A stretch of DNA of 64,000 nt. Origin: Eledone cirrhosa. Taxonomy: Eukaryota. The first letter of the stretch is position 1, and each line of letters starts with the position of its first letter. The stretch spans positions 362,762,001-362,826,000 of the forward strand of contig OZ024740.1 of NCBI GenBank assembly GCA_964016885.1, given 5' to 3'. Shown piece by piece: positions 57,537 through 64,000 of the stretch. The notes beneath the pieces were generated by a model, which made no database searches, was not told the origin of the DNA, and was given only the letters and a program-made list of their open reading frames with translations. The position numbers and the translations under genes are program-made.

Positions 57537-60500
57537 TGTCACTTCTTCAGAGATTTTGGATAAATTGGAAAAAATCAGAAAAATTGAAGTATTTATATTA
57601 GTTGTAATAGAGGAAGAAGAGAGGGGATAGTATATGACAGATGGTAATTCAATTTACTGCTAAACAAGTATATAAAGGGTTTCTAATGAGAATACAATGA
57701 GTAAATGGTTTATTTTATCTAAATAAGAATTTTTGGGAGTGCCTATTTTAATCTATACTTGACCAATTGAACAATGGACAGGGCTGGTCATTTGGTGTAG
57801 TAAAGTGTCAATTAAGGAAGGGGGACATTTCGACTGCTACTGAATAACATCAATGCTAGTAGCCAGCTGGTATATGCATTAGGGAATTGAATTAGAAATC
57901 TCATTTTATCTATAGAAGTTTATATTAAATAGTAAATAATAGAAGAGTTTATATAATTAAGACTAATAGAGAATGTTAATATGTATTTTGACAATCAAAC
58001 GGAGATGGAGACAGGCGTTCAATCCTTATATTCATCTTTTCTACATTTTCTCTGGAATATAATTTATACCTCGTTGAGCAAACCTACACGTCCACTGTTC
58101 ATCTCTAACGTAACGATATATTATCACTACATTATTGATAACCTGAAATTTTAATAATCTCCTATACAGTTGAGCAACTAATTCAGCATACGCCTCTAAA
58201 ATGGAAAGGCACCAATTGGATATGTCGTTAAAAAACATACCATTCAGGCAAAAAGGAATATATTCTAGGTATGAATACGAAGGACCAATGATTTTATTCG
58301 ACGAATGAGATGGAAAACATTCCATTTTGACAAAAGCCGTATAAACCAAACATCGGATCTTAACAAGGATAAATTGGATTTAAATCTTACAAAAACCCAC
58401 CCTCAAACCCACTTTTGGATGCATTTGAACAAGACCTAATGGAGAAGATCCTGGAGATCAAATTTACAAACGGAAGAACAATAAACTACAGAATGACATC
58501 ACGGCACTGCTCAATAATCTAAAAAATGCCAATGGAATTATTGTTAGAGCAGAAAAAACATCAACGTATATACCATGGATGTGGACACTTACAATAACTT
58601 CATCCGTAAGGAATTGCATAAAAAATACAAGAAAACTAATGAAGCTACACTTAAAAACATCAACAACTCGGCATGTGAAATTGTTAAAAAACTTTGTATT
58701 GACGATAGAACGCAACCCTTAACACCAGCTACACCATCCTTCAACCTGAAGGACCACAAGGTAAACTTCGATACTGACCCTAAAATTAGACTTATATGCC
58801 CCCCTAAATCTGATATAGGCAAAATTAGCAAATATATATTAGACAGAATTATCCCCCAAGTTAAGGCTAAAGTAGAAATTAAACTATGGGGTAACACTCA
58901 TGAAGCAATAAGATGGTTTAATAACATTACTGATAAGAAAAAAATCAAAATTTATTCAGTTTGATATTGATGAATATTATTCCTCAGTTTCACCTGATAC
59001 TCTACATGAAGCTCTTTCGTTCGCTAAGGCTAATTCCGACCTTACGGATGCTGAAATTAAATTATCATGGAAGCGAGGAAAACTATTGTTAAATTTGATG
59101 ATAGCTACTGGGTTCGCAAAGATAGACCTTCTAATTTTGATATTACTATGGGTTCCAATGATTCGGCGGAAGTAACAGATCTTGTGGGAATTTATATCAC
59201 CCACAGACTACAAGGAAAATTCAAGGATCTCCACGGTGGAATATACCGTGACGATGCGCTCCTATTAGTTAAGCATATGAATAACCAGAATTTAGAAAGG
59301 ATGCGTAAAAATATCAGAAAGCTTTTTAAGGAACTAGGATTAAATATTACATTTGAATATAACCTCAAAGAGGTCAATTTCCTTGATGTTACTTTGAATC
59401 TCAATACAGAAACGATTAAACCATTCCATAAACTAAATGAGAACCTTAAATATGTGAATACGAGTTCTAACCATCCACTCTCTATAATTAAATCCATCCC
59501 TAGAAATGTTTCTCTTAGAATCTCCCGCCTGTCGTCCAACCAACAAACCTTCAAAGAATATGCCGAATATTATGATGATGCACTTAGGAAAGCCGGACAC
59601 CTAGATAATATAGAGTATATAGTCGAAGATCACCAAAACACCCAAAATAAATCCCATAGGGGTAGAAATAGCACAGAATCACCACCATACATACACTACC
59701 GCAATAGACACAATAATAGTCGCACACCACCAAACAGAAGGCAATGTAAAGAGTATATATGGTACAACCGGTCTATAACAACTCTATTAAAACCAATCTA
59801 CCCTCACAATTCTTTCGATTAGTTAAAAAACACTTTCCAACATCACATAAATATAATAAAATCTTAAACCCTAACACTATTCGACTTTCATATTCAAACC
59901 GCCCCTAATATTGAACAACACATAAAAAAGCTTAACGCAAAACGGTTTGTATAAACGCCTTCTAACACATAACAATACACGTAAAACATTAGCTATAACA
60001 TCACAAAACAACAAACAACATCCCATCCTACCTAAGTAACCTCATCAACCCATCCATGCCAATACAACAACGCAAAATTATAACTGTAACTGTGTCTAAC
60101 CAGGAATGTGTCCGTTGAACAATCAGTGTCTTGAACACAACATAACGAATCGGATAGACAGAAGTGGTACTATGTGGGATCTACAGCCACCTCCTTCAAA
60201 TCACGCCTTTATAGACATCGTTACTCGATAAAAACATGAAAACAGCGTTATGTAACAACACTCGCAGACAAGGCTTGGCAGCTGCGTGAAAATAATCAAC
60301 AATTTAACCTAAAATGGGATATAATAGCATCTGCCCTTCCATAATACCACGGACAGGAATTTTGTAAATTATGTAATATGGAATTATTTTGTATTATGAA
60401 ATCCAAAAACATTTTATTAAATAACAGAATAGAGCGATCGTTATACTGTAACCATCGCTTAAATCTACATTTTCATATTACAAATACTACCAGGATGAAC

Positions 60501-60993
60501 GCCTGTCTCCATCTCCGTTTGATTGTCAAAATACATATTAACATTCTCTGTTAGTCTTAATTCTATCAACTCTTCTATTATTTACCATTTAATATAAACT
60601 GCTATAGATAAAATGAGATTTCTTAATTCAATTCCCTAATGCATATACCAGCTGGCTACTAGCATTGATGTTATTCAGTAGCAGTCGAAATGTCCCCCTT
60701 CCTTAATTGACACTTTATAATTAATACTACTACACCAAATGACCAGCCCTGTCCATTGTTCATTTGGTCAATTATAGATTAAAATAGGCACTCCCAAAAA
60801 TTCTTATTTAGATAAAATAAACCATTTACTCATTGTATTCTCATTAGAAACCCTTTATATACTTGTTTAGCAGTAAATTGAATTACCATCTGTCATATAC
60901 TATCCCCTATCTTCTTCCTCTATTACAACTAATATAAATACTTCAATTTTTCTGATTTTTCCCAATTTATCCAAAATCTCTGAAAAAGTGACA
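57537..60993 (+). mobile_element. Hydra-like PLE, fifth family, with ~490-bp inverted repeats (57537-58021 vs 60496-60993)
   Basis: Upstream inverted copy of the 3'UTR flanks decayed RT-EN coding sequence. Confidence 0.9.
58201..60500 (+). pseudogene. PLE RT-GIY-YIG with multiple frameshifts
   Basis: MERHQLDMSLKNIP, LKDHK, RLICPPKS, FDITMGS, IYRDDAL, NFLDVTL, SNHP, CPLNNQC, YVGSTATSFKSRLYRH, CKLC. Confidence 0.92.
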
Positions 60994-61158
60994 ACTGATT
61001 ATACATTTACTACCGAATACTTGCTAACATTATATGATTACGCAAGCAGCCTATACATAGGTATTCCGTCTGTTACAGAAACATATGTCAATACCTAATA
61101 AATTCCTTTTTTCTTTTAAAAAAAAAAGCACTTTCATTTCATATTCACCTTTCTCTCT

Positions 61159-62015
61159 CTCTCTCTATATATATATATGAAAAAATGGGGAGAAGAATAC
61201 TGCATGGTTGCACATGGATAACATATTATAAAATGAGTCCCTCATCAGTGATTTACCAACGGTCATAGGTATTTCATTGCATTAAAAATCATATACCTCA
61301 CGTTGGCGCAATAATAACAAAAATAAGTTACTAGGACAATTAAAACCTGTAAAGCGAGTGAGACAAGTAAACAACACAGAGGAAAGCTAACCGAAGATAG
61401 GAAAGACACAAGCTACAAGTTATTCTATCAGTATAAGCTGGGTGAATATATGAGCGAGTAAAAAATAGACCTTTCGAGATGAATCCAATGTAAGAAAGAA
61501 GGAAAATCGTTAACATCGCGAACGGGGGAAGTGAGAAGGGGAGAAACAGTGAGTGAGTGGAAGTGTGAGGAAGAGGTCAGTAGAGAGAAAGTGTTAACTC
61601 GACATGACAGAGAGGACGAAAGAAAGTAAGAGAAACAGAGAGAACGAGGGAGCAGTAAGAAAGAGAGAGAGAACAACAGAGTCGTAGTTTAGGTAAATAT
61701 ATGTGAAAAAATGGGGAGAAGAATACTGCATGGTTGCACATGGATAACATGTTATAAACTGAGTCCCTCATCAGTGATTTACCAACGGTCAAGGTATTTC
61801 ATTGCATTAAAAATCATATACCTCACGTTGGCGCAATAATAACTAAAATAAGTTATTAGGACAATTAAAACGTGTAAAGCGAGTGAGACAAGTAAACAAC
61901 ACAGAGGAAAGCTAACCGAAGATAGGAAAGACACAAGCTACATAGTTATTCTATCAGTATAAGCTGGGTGAATATATGAGCGAGTAGAAAATAGACCTTT
62001 CGAGATGAATCCAAT
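61159..62015. mobile_element. 1.5 tandem units (~545 bp) of a non-coding repeat related to family A
   Basis: GAAAAAATGGGGAGAAGAATACTGC at ~61159 and 61704; shares AGTCC.TCATCAGTGAT..CCAAC..GGTATTTCAT.GC.TTAAA..CATATACCTC with family A. Confidence 0.7.
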
Positions 62016-62113
62016 CATATATATATATCAAATATATTATATATATGATATATGTATATATATAGATATATATCATATATATATAAATACATATATCATA
62101 TATATATATATAT

Positions 62114-62170
<57 letters not shown>

Positions 62171-62254
62171 TATATATATATATATATATATATCATATAT
62201 ATATATATATATATCATATATATATAAATACATATATCATATATATATATATAT

Positions 62255-62309
<55 letters not shown>

Positions 62310-62330
62310 TATATATATATATAATATATA

Positions 62331-62369
<39 letters not shown>

Positions 62370-62384
62370 ATATATTATATATAT

Positions 62385-62415
<31 letters not shown>

Positions 62416-62548
62416 CATATATATATATATATATATATAGATATATATATAAATACATATATCTATATATATATATATATATATCATATATATATATCAT
62501 ATATATATATATATATATATATCATATATATATATATATATCATATAT

Positions 62549-62603
<55 letters not shown>

Positions 62604-62693
62604 TATATTTATCATATATAATGATATATATATATATATTTATATATCATATATATATATATATATTCATATATATATATATATATATATATA

Positions 62694-62724
<31 letters not shown>

Positions 62725-62913
62725 CATATATATATATATATATATATCATATATATCATATATATATATATATATATATATCATATATATATTATATATA
62801 TCATATATATATATATATATATATATCATATATATATATATATATCATATATATATATATATATATATATCATATATATATATATATAATCATATATATA
62901 TATATATATATAT

Positions 62914-62969
<56 letters not shown>

Positions 62970-62982
62970 AATAATCTATATG

Positions 62983-63045
<63 letters not shown>

Positions 63046-63280
63046 TATATATATATTATATATATATATATATAATATATATATATATATCATATATCTC
63101 TATAATATATCATATATATATATATTGTCATATATCATATGTATATATATATCAAATATATATCATATATATATATATATATATCATATATATATATCAT
63201 ATATATATATATCATATATATATCATATATATAATCCTATATGTTATATATATATCATATATATATATATGATATATATA

Positions 63281-63320
<40 letters not shown>

Positions 63321-63509
63321 TATATTATATATATATTATATATATATCATATATATATATATCATATATATCAAATATATATATATATATCAAATATATA
63401 TATATATATATGATATATGTATATATATAGATATATATCATATATATATATATATATCATATATATATATATATCATATATATATAATATATATATATTC
63501 ATATATATA

Positions 63510-63548
<39 letters not shown>

Positions 63549-63598
63549 TATATATATATATATATAATATATATATATATCATATATATTATATATAT
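62016..63598. repeat. 1.6-kb (TA)n array with ATC interruptions
   Basis: Direct reading. Confidence 0.95.
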
Positions 63599-64000
63599 GG
63601 CTTTTAATTTTTCAGTTCAGAAAACAAGGAAAACATACAAAAAAGATAAGTTTTTGTGCTTTGACGCAATTATTTTGACGTATATTTATATATGTGTGAT
63701 ATCCTCCTAAAAACAACACACACAAGTGCTTTCTATTTTTCTTTGACTACCATACAGAGTATACGTAATTTAATTTTAAATTAACTTAAGTAGATCTTGT
63801 ATTATTTTGTTTTTTTCTGAGTAACATAATTTAATTTAATATAATTTTATTTGATTTTGACTCGGTGAGCATGTGTGTTGTTGTTTCTTGTTTACTATAT
63901 TGATATTACAATAACTATGGTCACTCTATACGGTTCCCGTTATTTATATTTGTAAACAAACATTTGATTCAACTTATATACAACTTACATCGTGTTTCTA

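Overview
AT-rich animal (eukaryotic) intergenic or intronic DNA with no recognisable host gene; the SINE and LINE tails suggest an octopod cephalopod (inference). The window is almost all mobile DNA nested in (TA)n microsatellites. It holds at least five protein-coding Penelope-like element (PLE) families (RT plus C-terminal GIY-YIG), including an apparently intact ~800-aa ORF, and many non-coding pseudo-LTR (pLTR) derivatives with minimal type-I hammerhead ribozymes (HHR). It also holds two Helitrons, RTE- and CR1-like LINE fragments, tRNA-derived SINEs and a probable solo LTR. The main structure is a spacerless ~12.3-kb palindrome (4698-17009, centre 10849/10850): two head-to-head PLE copies plus an inverted duplicate of 1.65 kb of flanking DNA, capped by a separate 110-bp piece of the same PLE. 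It reads like a record of fold-back, twin-primed integration, and smaller flank fold-backs recur across the window. Two non-coding families carry an HHR with a compensatory U3-A8 core (UUGAAAA). All assignments are by eye, without searches or folding software.
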